Source of the DNA: Selaginella moellendorffii
Lineage: Eukaryota > Plantae > Lycopodiophyta
DNA length: 52,793 nt
NCBI RefSeq assembly: GCF_000143415.4
Contig: NW_003314444.1
Location: 1-52,793, forward strand
Direction of reading: 5' to 3'
Positions 11,601 to 23,858 of this stretch are shown here, piece after piece. Both the position numbers and the translations under genes were made by a program. The notes below the pieces were generated by a model that was not told the DNA's origin, searched no databases, and saw only the letters and a list, made by a program, of their open reading frames with translations. Numbering within the stretch: position 1 is the stretch's first letter; each line of letters starts with the position of its first letter.

Positions 11601-13539
11601 TGCACGGCAACGTGGAACGTATAGAGGACCTGGTGCAACCAGAACGAAAGAATAAATAAGAATAAAAAGGACAAAAGACTCAACCTGGAAGTACTTGGAA
11701 GGTGAAGGGAGATCCAGTGATGTTATCTGTTAGGTTGCCAATGAAAAGGTTAAATTGTCCGGTCATGTTAGGTGAATGTGTAAATGTCCTATATGCGGAG
11801 CCAATTTCTGGAGGTTGCAGCTGTATGACAGTTTGTGGCATCACTTTTCCATCAGCCATATTTTGAACAAAAGCAATAAATTCGTAAACGTCAATGCTTC
11901 CGGTGGCTAAACTAACGTTGTTCCCATAAGCATCCATTTGTAAAACTAGAAATGTTGCCAGCCCTCCAGTTTGAAAAACTGAATTATAGTTTAACCAGGA
12001 ACCAACACAATCTCGTACTGACACAGGACCTGTATAATTCGTAGATCAAGTCAGCTATGAGAAGAAAGTGAATTAATAACCTGAGACGACGGAAAATGTG
12101 AGAGGAGAGCTTGGCAATTCGACGGTTCCACTTCCAACCCGTACCAAATACTGTCCCGCTTCTATAGGTGTAAATCCAGCCGACCAATAACCAGATGTTG
12201 GGTATGTGAAGTTAAAATTTATCCGGGAAAATGTCCCACTATCAAGAAAGGAAGGGCTTAGTGAAAAATTGGCATTGACAACGCTGTTTCCATATGTATC
12301 CACAAGCATTATCATAACAGAAGCTAAACTTCCAGCTTCAAATGTATTTATCCCACTTGGCCATTTTGCAAAAGAGTCTATTACAGATAAAGGACCTGCG
12401 AACGTGAATGAAGTGAAAAAAAGTTCTACAGCTTCATGATTTCAATGAGTGCCTTACCAGCTATTACATCATACCTAAGCGGGGATTTTTGTACAACTTG
12501 TGAGTTGTTTCCGATTTGTAAGTAAAAAGTGCCAGATAGTTTTGGATAGAATACGACCTTTTGCACTCCCTCATCCAAGTCATAACTTACATTGAAAGTT
12601 TCTTTATATGCTGTTGTATTAGAAGGCACATCATAGATAACACTGAATACAAATTTATAGCCAAAGGCACGTCCTGTCTTGTTGCTCACAGAGTTGTTAA
12701 ATGCATCCTTCTGCATAATATAAAGTGTTGCTGCCGATCCGGCAACGAAAGAATTTGTATCATTAAACCACCAGGCGAAACAGGAAGGAACATGTACAGG
12801 GCCTGAGAACATAAAGTAAATATCAACGAAACGATTGTATAGAGTATATATGTACCCGAAATTATTTTGAGAAAACGTGTGGAAATTGGAACCCATGCTC
12901 CATATGAGAGAATGCTCACGGTCAGCAAGTACTTTACTGCATTATCAGCAGCAAAACTTTGAGCCAAACATGTTACAAAATAATATCCTCCTGAACCAGC
13001 GCTCACATTACAGGATGTAGTAGATGTACTGGAAAAGTCCGAAATTTTGACATCAAAGAAGTTAGCTTGCCCGGTGAATGCTCCACATGTTCCACAAACT
13101 TGCAGATTACAAGTCACGGCACTGACATTGAACATAAAAGGTACTCCTTCGATCAGTGTTTGATTTCCTGGTGAAATGTTGACGACTGAACAATTTCCTG
13201 GTCCTGCAACAGCTGCTTATAAAACTATGAGCTATTTCCTGTTCAAAACTACGTACATGATACGGTTGGCGGTGGCGGTGGGGCAACTAGGGTTATAGAT
13301 CCTGATCTTATGCAACACGATGAAACATTCAAATTTGTTCCAAAGCAGGTGCCATTACATGTGTCGCCAGTGCGAATAGAATTGCATGTAAGGCTGCAAC
13401 AAGTGAAATCGCATTGTGCGCAGTTTAGAGTGCACGAAATATTATTCTGAGGACAAAGCGCCAAGCAATCTCTTCCAGGCTGAGCATTGGCAGTGCCCCG
13501 GAAGACAACCCACAGCCACCAGAGAAACAGTGGCGTCAT
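8633..13539 (-). CDS. GEX2: GAMETE EXPRESSED 2 (GEX2)-like secreted/surface protein with ~11 filamin/Ig-like repeats; 3' end unresolved
   Basis: ATG at 13539 with signal peptide MTPLFLWWLWVVFRGTANA, a Cys-rich domain and a PPPPP hinge. Exons 3-13 each read GP-x-C-x-W-x-F-x-AG...(K/R)D-x-(F/Y)GN...G-x-(F/Y)-x-L-x-(I/V)...GSPF-x-F-x-V, e.g. GPVHVPSCFAWWFNDTNSFVAGSAATLYIMQKDAFNN and SIMEGDGLKNSTAGIPSTFLIQLRDVAGN, matching GEX2 filamin repeats. Approximate exons: 13539-13257, 13213-12857, 12803-12478, 12394-12082, 12029-11686, 11630-11316, 11260-10912, 10860-10526, 10479-10149, 10100-9785, 9731-9416, 9361-9012, 8962-8633. Confidence 0.8.
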
Positions 13540-15562
13540 CTGATTAACTGTAAGCGTTGTTATGTAATGAAAGTCATACTGATGTTTTTTATGCTGTTTT
13601 GCGTTGGACGCCCGATGTAGCAGCCCAAACTGGGATGATGACGTGGCAGGGGATCGGCCATAGGCCAAGGGCACGCCAAGAAGGGAGTTGTGGTTGATGG
13701 GGAGTAGAGGTGCAACCTGAGGGGTGGATCTAGCAAACACTCCATATTCTCTCATAAAGAGAGATCTCTCTCTTTTTTTTTCACATGCCAGGATTCTTCC
13801 AGGGAACGATCGACAGATCAAGCTGGGACAAGGAACCACTCCACTAGACTAGAGACTAGCCTCAACTCAACATACTGTTGAGCACCCAGCTTGGTTGAGG
13901 GGTGTCTTGGCAGTTGTCGCCAAGGCTCACCCTCGCACTCACACATGCCTGAAGCTTTCCACTTCATGTAAAACATGTTTAAAGATCCATTATGTTGGGA
14001 TAAGTTAAGCTGCAAGATTTATGCCTTTATCCCCAGCATGTGACCAACCCATATTTTTGCCATGCCTTTGGTATGGTGAACATCCCTCAATACTCTCTCT
14101 TTCTCCCTTGGCACTTACTCTTGGTGTGGCACTCTTCCTCAATAATGGGTGACTGTGCTTGCAGCTAGGTGATGGCACTAGTGCAAGCAGGTGATGGTGC
14201 TAGGACCAGTAAAGCAAGCAGAGTGATGGCATAGGTGCTCCCACTCCAATCCATTCTAGGGCATTCCCACTCAAATCCAGTCTCAGGTGTTATCTTGGAA
14301 AAACTCAACTTAACCCTAATCTTGGTGGCTAGATTTCGCCCTAAATGTAATATGGGGAGTGAAAGCAGGGCATTGCAGAGCTTGGGTGATGAGGAAGGGA
14401 GAGTGGAGGCAGTGACAGGTGGAGCCACAAGTAGCACCGGTGGCCACAGCTTCAAGCTCCTCTTCTTTCTCTCTTCTCTTGCTTTAGCAATTTGAGGTTT
14501 TTGATCCTAATTGAAATTTCTTTGATTTCTCACCACAGTTGGCACTAGGGATGTTCTCACTAATCTCTTACAGTAGCATGTCAAGAGGATCTAGGATTGA
14601 CAAGATCTGATCGTGTTAAGGCTAGGGTTCTTGGAAGCAAGGTGAGAACTCTTGCTCACAGCTTTTAGGCTGCATTGGAGTGTCTAGCAGGCTTATGGGG
14701 GAAACAAGGCCCCAGCCAAGATCTTTGTGATTCAAGATTGGTCTTGCCCTAGTGTGCTAGGGTTCTTTAGTGGCAACTAGGTGAGCATTGGGGAGCTTGT
14801 AGAAATCAATATGAGGACTTCCTGAAAACAAATCTCTAGCTTTGGTATTGTCAAAGACCATGTGTGGTGCTTGGCTGGGATTCAGGGGAAATGAGAGTGG
14901 ATGATATCTGGATTTGGTGGATGGGATTGCTGCCATAAGTTGGACCAATGGAGGACAGAGGATAGTTAGTGTTGCATGCATGCAGAGGAAATCCGCACTA
15001 GTTTAGGAGGAGGTTGTAGAGGGTCTCAAGATAGAACACTCTAGCTGGAGCTAGAGGAGGTTCACACCTTGCTTTTTACTATGCAATGGAGTTTTTCATT
15101 AAAAAACACTAAGTTGGAGCTTTTCACTACCCTAATATGAGTCTCATATCTCTTGGGGCATAGTGGGTGGCTTTAATTTTCTAGTGGAATCACCCAGGAG
15201 GTGGATGGTATATGAGTAGTGCCTGCTCAGGAGTTTCACCTACTTTTACTATGAAATGCACTCTCAGTTCTTGTTTAGTCCCTTGGAGACACTTATGGAA
15301 TAAATTATTAGTCTAACCTAGTCTTAGTACCATTTATTTTGGTCTATATTGTCTGATTTATATCAGATCTAGTCTAGATTTAACAATTTGATGAAATCTT
15401 TATAAAATCTTTATCTTTGGTGACTTTATTTGTATGACTTTATCTACACTCACATACACTCAATATGTGAGTGTATGTAATCTATCTATATAGTATCTTA
15501 AACCATGTTAAGTCAATTGGGTTGTTAAGTTAGAGAAATGAAGTTTCTAGCAATAAAAAGAA

Positions 15563-15595
15563 CTAGCTGGGATCCCAGCTCCGCTGGGAGAAGTA
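15563..15595 (-). mobile_element. Helitron 3' terminus (hairpin + CTAG)
   Basis: Minus strand reads TACTTCT-CCCAGC-GGA-GCTGGG-ATCCCAG-CTAG|T: a GC-rich hairpin 7 nt before CTAG, followed by T. A near-identical motif occurs at 44927-44960. Confidence 0.75.
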
Positions 15596-16699
15596 CAAAA
15601 TATTTTGGGCACATTGAATTTTCAAGCATTTTAATTTTAATTTCAAAATAATCAGTTGAAAGTTATAGCTGTAAGCTCTAGAAAGCAAGGTTTAATAATT
15701 AACCAAAGCATTTGATGGTAAGAAACTACTAACAGAGAGAAAGAAATGAAAAATCTAGGACATAATAGTGTTAGGCCATAAAATTCAATTTTTTGACGCT
15801 GATAAGTGAGATCTATGAATTTTAGTTTCCTGTTGTGCATACTCGAAAATTTGAGAGTTACAAATCCAGACTGTTATAAAGCAAGAAAGAGCCAGACCAT
15901 ATAAAGTGAAAAAGAGTTGAACTTTTATAAAGTTTTGATGAAGGCAACACAAATACGTGAGATCCAGTGATTCTTTAATCACAAATGCATGGCTTGCACT
16001 CTCCTGCTCTTGGGTTTTGTTTGGCTGAGCGGTGGTGTTGATGGCGGGCTAGAAAGTTCTCGTCTAGGCATCACTTGGTGGACCTGCTGTTGTTGTTGCT
16101 GTCAGCAGCCCGGGAGCTGGAAGCTCACTGCAGTTGCAGTCCTTTCAGCTCTCTTAGGAGATGAATCGTAACATGGCTGTGATTGGAAACGGGATTCCCT
16201 GTTGATGGTGTCATGGGACAACATTGGCACGGTTTGTTTAGTGTAGCACCAGGGAGCATCGGACAGTGCGGCTTGTTTAGTGAGTGATGGGAGCTACTTC
16301 CAGGCGCACAGCCCGAATGGGATTCTCGATGAACTACAGATAGCAGACAAGTCTACGTGCTTAGTGCATTAGAGAGTGAGAGTGTGCTAGAAAAACTTAC
16401 TGTGCATCTGTGAGGTGTGTGTGACTTGCTATAAACAGCCATCCTGGATTTGCTAGAATGCAAACACATGCCTGAAGAACCATCACAATGTTAGTCCTTT
16501 TTTAAAAAAAACAAAGCTCACTGGTTTCTGTTGTATTGATCACGATGCCATTGATTAGCTTCACTGGACTGGAGAAACCTCGCAAGACACCTTGGATTCA
16601 CTTGAATGTTAGAGTACCTGGAGAAGCAGCACATTGGTTTTTTCTTCTGAGCAATACCTGTATTGTTCAGAAATTCTGAACACTCTCTTGCATTTTAGA

Positions 16700-19600
16700 C
16701 ACTTTTATTAGCTTTTTTATAAAATAAAAAGTATTAATACACCAATAATAAAGAACATGCTTTACCAATAAATCAAGAGTGTGTAAGACATTTTGTACCT
16801 TATAATATAAAAGATAACTACTATGGAATCTAAATGATGAAGAGATAAAATACTTGAGAAGGAAAAATATAGAAAATTTTTTATACAAATAAAAAGATAA
16901 AATGTTAAAAAGAGTGGTCTAAATGAAGTTCTCATGAGAAGAGATTCAGGTTACAAATTTGTAGAACAACTCACAATTAAATATCTAGATTGTTAGGAAT
17001 AAAGTTGAAAATAATTAACTACACTTTATGAAGATGATATTTAGGTGATATCATGCTCGAAGTTATGATTATAACAGCTTATGGATGTAATGACTTTGAA
17101 AGCTTTAATAAACTTTAAAACTTGCAAATATTTAATTCAAGATTGTCTTTAGCCAATGGATTTTAAATTAATTATAGCTAAAAATATAAAAAATTTCAGT
17201 TCAAAATATATTTACAATAAATTTTTTAAAAACCGCTATTATCTATACGAGAACATGATTATTAACAGATATCAATTATAAAAAGATTAATATTTTTAAT
17301 AAAGTTCGATCTAGCATTTAACTAAAGGTATTATTATTATTTTTATATGTTACTATATTTAATATATAGCAATAACATTATCAATGCTGGGAGAAATGAA
17401 AATTTGTTATTAAAGCCCCAGATATGCTGGGAGTATTTTGGTTATTACTAATGTCTTAATAATTTCAAATAGTTGTAATTGTAATTTTAGTTTTTAATAT
17501 ATTCATAATGATAACATGCATATTTAAACATCATATATCTTTATATTAAAAATCCCATCCAGAATTGACTCTATCACCAGCACACATCATAACATAATAA
17601 ATATAACTCATAACATTATATATCATTTAAAACTTTGATTGTTGAGTGAAGTTCTAGATTTTCTATAAATGGAATAACTCACTATGGAATCCCATGGGCA
17701 GATGAGTCATTTAGAGATTTAATTTAACTTATGTTTTAATAAGTACCATTAGATTACTGATAAAAATTAAATTATTATACAGAAGAAATAACTGGAACTA
17801 TTAAGTCCTCTATTTTAAATTAGAATATAAGTTATTGTTATAGACACTAATTTTTTTATATTTTACTTTAATATATTTTAAGTTTTTTTCAATTAAATGA
17901 TTTCAAAACACTATATATAATAAAATCTCCATAAGTACATAGCATTATGTTTCTTTATATTTTTTTTATGTTTCTATCATATTTCTATTGATGATTTCTC
18001 TATATTATTTTCTATAGTCACTACTTTATTTACTTTTAAATTTAAAGTTTATTTTCTATTCTGTCTACTATATACCATCTTTGTGCAACAAAATTATGTT
18101 TAATTTTCATAATATAGTATAAATAATCAAGTACTCTTTGTTTTATAAATATTTCATTCTATAGAACAAAGAGTATGCTGAAATATCTGTTGGGAGATTT
18201 AGCATACCCAAGATAAATAGATCTTCTTTTCAAATTTTACAATATTAGAAATTCTGATTGTATACAAAGTTAAATTTAGCTTAACTTTGCTACTATTCAT
18301 CTCCAGAGAAATGGATAATAACGCAGTGAGATAATAATGCAAGTGTTGGGGAAGATAAGATCATTTTTTAATCACCATTAAATTTGAATTTGAAATTTTT
18401 TATTACCTTTATTAAAAGCTACACAACCCTAAACACATCTAGAAGATTGCTGTCAGGCTTTAAAAGCAATTGAGTTTTCACAAAGCCAAAGAATTATATA
18501 CTATGAATAAATAAAAAGTTAGTTTGGAGAAATTATACTTTTTATTGCATAAACTTTTTATCTGAATTGTAATGGTGGCTCTAAGGTTCATAGTTTACAA
18601 AAGAATAATAGAATCTCTATTATGTGTCTTTTTTTATATTTAAAAATATACATAAGTAAATGTATCTAGATATTCACACTACATTATAGGTGTTTGAAAA
18701 GAGGTACATCCAAATATAATAATTATATTGGAGATATAATGTTTGTATTAGGAGAAACCAGTACTAATGCTATATGATAAAACTATGCATTCCAATTTAA
18801 AAATACATTACTATTAAATGATTCAACAGTACTTACTATTCAGAAATTATATAAAGGGACACATTATTACATTCCTAAAATATATTATAAAAATATGATA
18901 CTAATAATAATACTAATATTACTAATACTAATATATTAATAATTTAATACTAATACTAATACTAATATTTTAAATATAAATATGGATTAGACACATTACT
19001 ATGTAAATATTAATGCTGATATAATTTTTATAAAAAACTATATAATGTCATTAAAAAATATAAATATTTAATTATTTATTTTACATTTTTAATTTTATAA
19101 AAATAATTGTAGTAATAAATTTATCATTTGTGAGGAAAGTTTTACTATTGAATTTTATTCTCAATACTTTATCATTTTATTGTATTAAAATTTATATTGT
19201 TGATACTTAAATTTTAAAGAATATTAAAAGTTAAAATTGTATAGTTAGATATCATTTTGGTATGTGAACAAAAAATTTATTGATATTTAATATACTTTTC
19301 AAATAATATAAAATATATTATTGACATTTAACTCAAGTATAACAAGTATTTCTCAAAACATTTATAAATATAATATTCACAGGTATAATGTATTTTAATT
19401 TTAAGATGAATTTTAGAAAACTCTACTCTTGAAGACTAAATATGATTTAAAATATTAAATATACTTATACAAATCCTCAAAAACTAATCACATTTTTTAA
19501 ATTTCCTCAACTATATGCATGTTTTGGATATTTATATCATCAACAATTTCTCTGAATAGAAAAATAAATTAGTTTGTAACATATTTAGTAATTTATATTT

Positions 19601-19856
19601 CAAAAAAATAGCACTCTTTTATTTTCTTTCTTGTTTCAAATACTCCATTATCTGGTTTTTAACCAAAAAAATCTATACTTTAGATATTAATTGTTTTTTT
19701 GATTCTCAAATTTACGATTCAGTAATGGTTTATATATTTCTCATCTTATAAAACCCATCTATAACACTTAAATTCTATTGCCACTATCTACATCCTTGGA
19801 GTTGAGGTGGGAATATATTGATATTATAAATGGACTTAGCATATATAATAAAAGCA
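16700..19856 (-). mobile_element. Highly decayed, very AT-rich Helitron internal sequence (Rep-region-like), copy 1
   Basis: ~17500-19856 aligns by eye with ~39005-40975. It lies upstream of the Helitron 3' end on the same strand. A degenerate terminator hairpin CCCAG-ATATG-CTGGG sits at 17417-17431. No open frame remains. Confidence 0.55.
18897..18970. repeat. Imperfect (ACTAAT)n simple repeat
   Basis: tactaatattactaatactaatat...tactaatactaatactaat; absent from the 39-41 kb copy. Confidence 0.8.
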
Positions 19857-19863
19857 CCACAAG

Positions 19864-20718
19864 GGATTCTATCAAAGCAGCCAGTTGTGTATTCACATGC
19901 AGCATCTTTATGTGAGAGGTGGCCTTTACAAGGAGGTATCTGACACTCGTATTTAAATTCTATCGTATTCTTTGTTCTCAAATCAAGCTTTGATCTAATG
20001 TATCTGGTGCTGGTTGTGTAGGTGAAGGCCACATTGATTGCTGCCTTTAAGAAACTCAAAGGTGGAGATCCTTGCCAAGATGACACGTCCATCAGGCCCA
20101 TGATATCCAAGTCGTCGGCAGCTATAGTGGAGAAGAGCGTGAACAAGGCAGTGAAGGCAGGTGCCAAACTTCTAGTTGGTAGTAAGCAAAGGGGAGCTTT
20201 CATGGAGCCAACGATCCTGGAAGACGCTCCCTTTGACACAGATGCAAGGAAGGAAGAGATTCTCGGTCCCGTGATCCTTCTCTACTCATACAAGTAAGCT
20301 CTCAAAGTTTCTTAGCTCCTAAAGTTCTTATTTACTCTTTTCTCTCTCTCTAAACTAAAACGGTGGTGACACAGTGATTTCAAGGAAGCCGTGAAGGAAG
20401 CTAACAACACACATTACGGTCTCCAAGCCAGCATCTTTATGCATGATCTAAACAAGGCCTTCTATGCGTTTGAGCACATAGAGGTAGCTTTGTGTTTGAG
20501 ATATAGAAAGTATTGATTGTTTGTTTGATGATTATTCGATCTTCACAAGCTGGAGGAGTTTGCCTCAATGATTAGCCAAGCATGCGCATTGATAACCAGC
20601 CATACGGTGGGATCAAAGACTCTGCAATCCAACGAGAGGTGTCAAGTACGTGATGGACGACATGCTCGAAACCAAAGTTTTAGTAATGCGCAATGTAGGC
20701 AATGCGTCTTACTTTTGA
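19864..20718 (+). pseudogene. ALDH21: Aldehyde dehydrogenase family 21 pseudogene, 3' half only (4 exons)
   Basis: Catalytic-Cys region GFYQSSQLCIHMQHLYV, then MEPTILED...EEILGPV, EANNTHYGLQASIF and GGVCLND*PSMRIDNQPYGGIKDS. Premature TAG at 20573-20575, then a 1-nt deletion before VKYVMDDMLETKVLVMRNVG, which matches the moss ALDH21 C-terminus as recalled. The 5' end is cut at the AT-rich junction (~19856). Confidence 0.85.
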
Positions 20719-20799
20719 TCAAGCTCGAGCTCGAGCTTTTGAGAACAGTAAATACAGTCTATCCACAAATGATTGCCAAGTTGTCCTCGTTTGCTAGCT

Positions 20800-22200
20800 C
20801 GCTCTCTAGCACCATCAACCTTTTACCTTTAGGACAGAGAATGCTTGTCTATAAGCTCCTGGGAGAAGGTCCATAGCTTGTGAGCGAGCTCGGGATCTCT
20901 GCCATAAGCGCTACAGCTGGACTTGTTGGAATCCACGAAGTATTGCCCAGTGACGTCCTTGAGGCTTGGATGTAAAGCATGTAGCACGTTGTAGCAGCGT
21001 CCTGAGAGATCAATCACGTTTTAGTCACGAAAAACTTCCAGATAATTGGGAGAATTCTTCTTACCTGTGGCACATTTTTCCAAAGGAAGCTGAAGAAGAA
21101 CTTGAGAACCCCTGCATGAAGATCAAAGGTCCATAAGTAACCGAAAGCTCACTCGCTCTTTAGCACCATCAACCTTTTACCTTTAGGACGGAGAACGCTT
21201 GTCTATAAGCTCCTGGGAGAAGGTCCATAGCTTGTGAGCGAGCTCGGGATCTCTGCCATAAGCGCTACAGCTGGATTTGTTGGAATCCACGAAGTATTGC
21301 CCGGTGACATCCTTGAGGCTTGGATGTAAAGCCGTGTAGCACGTCGTAGCAGCGTCCTGAGAGATCAATCACGTTTANNNNNNNNNNNNNNNNNNNNNNN
21401 NNNNNNNNNNNNNNNNNNNNNNNNNNNNNNNNNNNNNNNNNNNNNNNNNNNNNNNNNNNNNNNNNNNNNNNNNNNNNNNNNNNNNNNNNNNNNNNNNNNN
21501 NNNNNNNNNNNNNNNNNNNNNNNNNNNNNNNNNNNNNNNNNNNNNNNNNNNNNNNNNNNNNNNNNNNNNNNNNNNNNNNNNNNNNNNNNNNNNNNNNNNN
21601 NNNNNNNNNNNNNNAGCGCTACGCTGGACTTGTTGGAATCCACGAAGTATTGCCCAGTGACGTCCTTGAGGCTTGGATGTAAAGCATGTAGCACGTTGTA
21701 GCAGCGTCCTGAGAGATCAATCACGTTTTAGTCACGAAAAACTTCCAGATAATTGGGAGAATTCTTCTTACCTGTGGCACATTTTTCCAAAGGAAGCTGA
21801 AGAAGAACTTGAGAACCCCTGCATGAAGATCAAAGGTCCATAAGTAACCGAAAGCTCACTCGCTCTTTAGCACCATCAACCTTTTACCTTTAGGACGGAG
21901 AACGCTTGTCTATAAGCTCCTGGGAGAAGGTCCATAGCTTGTGAGCGAGCTCGGGATCTCTGCCATAAGCGCTACAGCTGGATTTGTTGGAATCCACGAA
22001 GTATTGCCCGGTGACGTCCTTGAGGCTTGGATGTAAAGCCGTGTAGCACGTCGTAGCAGCGTCCTGAGAGATTGATCATGTATTAGCCACGAAAAACTTC
22101 CAGATAATTGGGAGAATTCTTCTTACCTGTGGCACATTTTTCCAAAGGAAGCTGGAGAAGAACTTGAGAAACCCTGCATGAAGATCAAAGTTCCATAAGT
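20800..22200 (-). repeat. Four tandem ~354-bp copies of the last two exons of the SDR gene
   Basis: Terminal-exon stops at 20829, 21183, (one in the gap) and 21890; spacings are 354 and 707. Each unit encodes LKFF(F/S)SFLWKNVPQ / DAATTCYTALHPSLKDVTGQYFVDSN...KLWTFSQELIDK. Confidence 0.9.
21378..21614. other. Assembly gap inside the tandem array
   Basis: N run. Confidence 0.99.
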
Positions 22201-22735
22201 AACCGAAAACAGACAAACTCATTATGTAGAATGTGTGCCACATCAAAGGTGACATTATAAATCCTGGGTGAACAGCGTTGGCTGTGATGTCAACTCCTTC
22301 GGCATAATCAGCGAAAGAGAAAGCATTGGTGAAAGAGAAAGGTGGGAGAGATTTCAAAGCATTAGACAAATACCTTGAATCTCATTGCCAGTTCTTTGGC
22401 ATGGAGGATGTTCACGATCTTGGATTGACTGTATGCTCTAGTGTTGGAGTACCTTTTGGAAGAAAAAAGGAAGAATGTAAGCTCACAAGAAAAGAAAGTC
22501 GTTTGGTACCAGGCTTTGTCATTAAGGTGTGAGAACTGGATTCCACTGCTGTAAGTGTGATGGAGGAGAGGTTGACAATTCTTCACTGGATGCCACTTTC
22601 CTTAGCGGTCTCCATCATTTTGTCCAGGAGCAAGTTTGTGAAAAGAAAATGGCCTAGAAATCACAACAAATGAAAGAAAAGAGTCAAGACTCCCGAAAAT
22701 TCCATGGCGCATACCCACAGATGGTTTGTAGTGTA
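21890..22735 (-). pseudogene. Short-chain dehydrogenase/reductase (Tic32/retinol dehydrogenase-like) pseudogene, 5'-truncated
   Basis: TNHL|GHFLFTNLLLDKMMETAKESGIQ*RIVNLSS (in-frame TGA, then a frameshift). YxxxK motif in RAYSQSKIVNILHAKELA. Also EGVDITANAVHPGFI and AATTCYTALHP. Confidence 0.88.
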
Positions 22736-22860
22736 ATATCTAGAGGTTCACAAGTCGCTGGTGGCTTGTGAACAGCCATAATAACCGTTTCTTAAACCTA
22801 AAACCAAGCTCTTTGCCACCTTGTCATAATCCTCACCATTGCTTTGGAGCGTCACAGATT

Positions 22861-22960
22861 NNNNNNNNNNNNNNNNNNNNNNNNNNNNNNNNNNNNNNNN
22901 NNNNNNNNNNNNNNNNNNNNNNNNNNNNNNNNNNNNNNNNNNNNNNNNNNNNNNNNNNNN
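22861..22960. other. Assembly gap (100 N)
   Basis: N run. Confidence 0.99.
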
Positions 22961-23858
22961 TTAGTATTATTCAAACTCAAGGATGCTTAACCCTCGCAGA
23001 ATTTTTGACTAATTAAAAAAGGTGGTGCACTCTTATTTATGGGCCCTTTCCCTCTATAGGTAAACCGGTATAAATCCTCGGTCAAGTCAATCTCTTTAGT
23101 TTCTTACAAAAATTTAGAAGCTAAAAGGAATAAGGTTTCTAAGTTGTGACCTGTAACACATATATGAAAGATAAGTTTATTAACATGGTTATTAATTTGG
23201 TACATAAGCATAGAGAATTACACTTGGCATCATGAGTGATGCCATGCATAAATGCATATATGGAGGTTGAGTTAGAGTCTTAAATCTCTAGTGCTAAAAG
23301 GGCACTAGAGCATGTTTATAGTTTAGAATATGAGGACATTCATGTTTTTGTGATCATAGACTCTTAGGAAGAAGGTTGACTTGGGATATAGCTAAGTGGA
23401 GGATGCTTTCAATTTGTGGTTCATAGTTACTATGCTTGATATTGAAACCCTACACATCTAACTTGAATACTTGTAAGTGGCACCAAGGATGTGGTAAATC
23501 GAATGCAGACACACAATCTTGGTTGCTTTGGACCCTTGGCTAAAAAGAAAATTTAGTATCTATTAGTAAATATAACAAGATGTTTATATGAGAGCATTAG
23601 ACGATTCTATAGCTAGTCAAGGACAAACTCCTTGATGAATTAAACAATTATATTTTTTAGTTCAAGCAGTGATTTGAACAATTGGTGATGGTATAAGTTA
23701 GTTAGTATGACTAAGTGGGAAAAACACTTAAGGGGAAATAATCAAATACAATTTAATGGTATTGTGAGTTCCAAGAAGTAGCCTGCAAGGATATCTGAAA
23801 GGGTCAGAAAATTGGGTTGTGAATAGAGTTTATAATGGTAACTGCTAGCAAGACTTAC

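Noticed and set aside
9424-12806. Short plus-strand ORFs inside the GEX2-like gene (and minus-strand ORFs inside LRRCC1, IFT52 and ALDH21)
   Set aside because: Antisense shadows of real exons with no independent motifs.
13540-13839. Upstream extension of the 196-aa ORF as part of the GEX2-like protein
   Set aside because: It begins at a non-ATG codon, and the signal peptide starts at ATG 13539. Probably UTR/promoter.
14205-14260. Minus-strand GLEWEHLCHHSAC resembling a His-Cys box/HNH endonuclease motif
   Set aside because: The match is short, surrounded by stops, and the rest of the motif is missing. Not enough to call.
22732-23858. Possible further LTR starting TGTAAT that truncates the SDR gene
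   Set aside because: Interrupted by a gap, with no matching end, PBS or PPT found.
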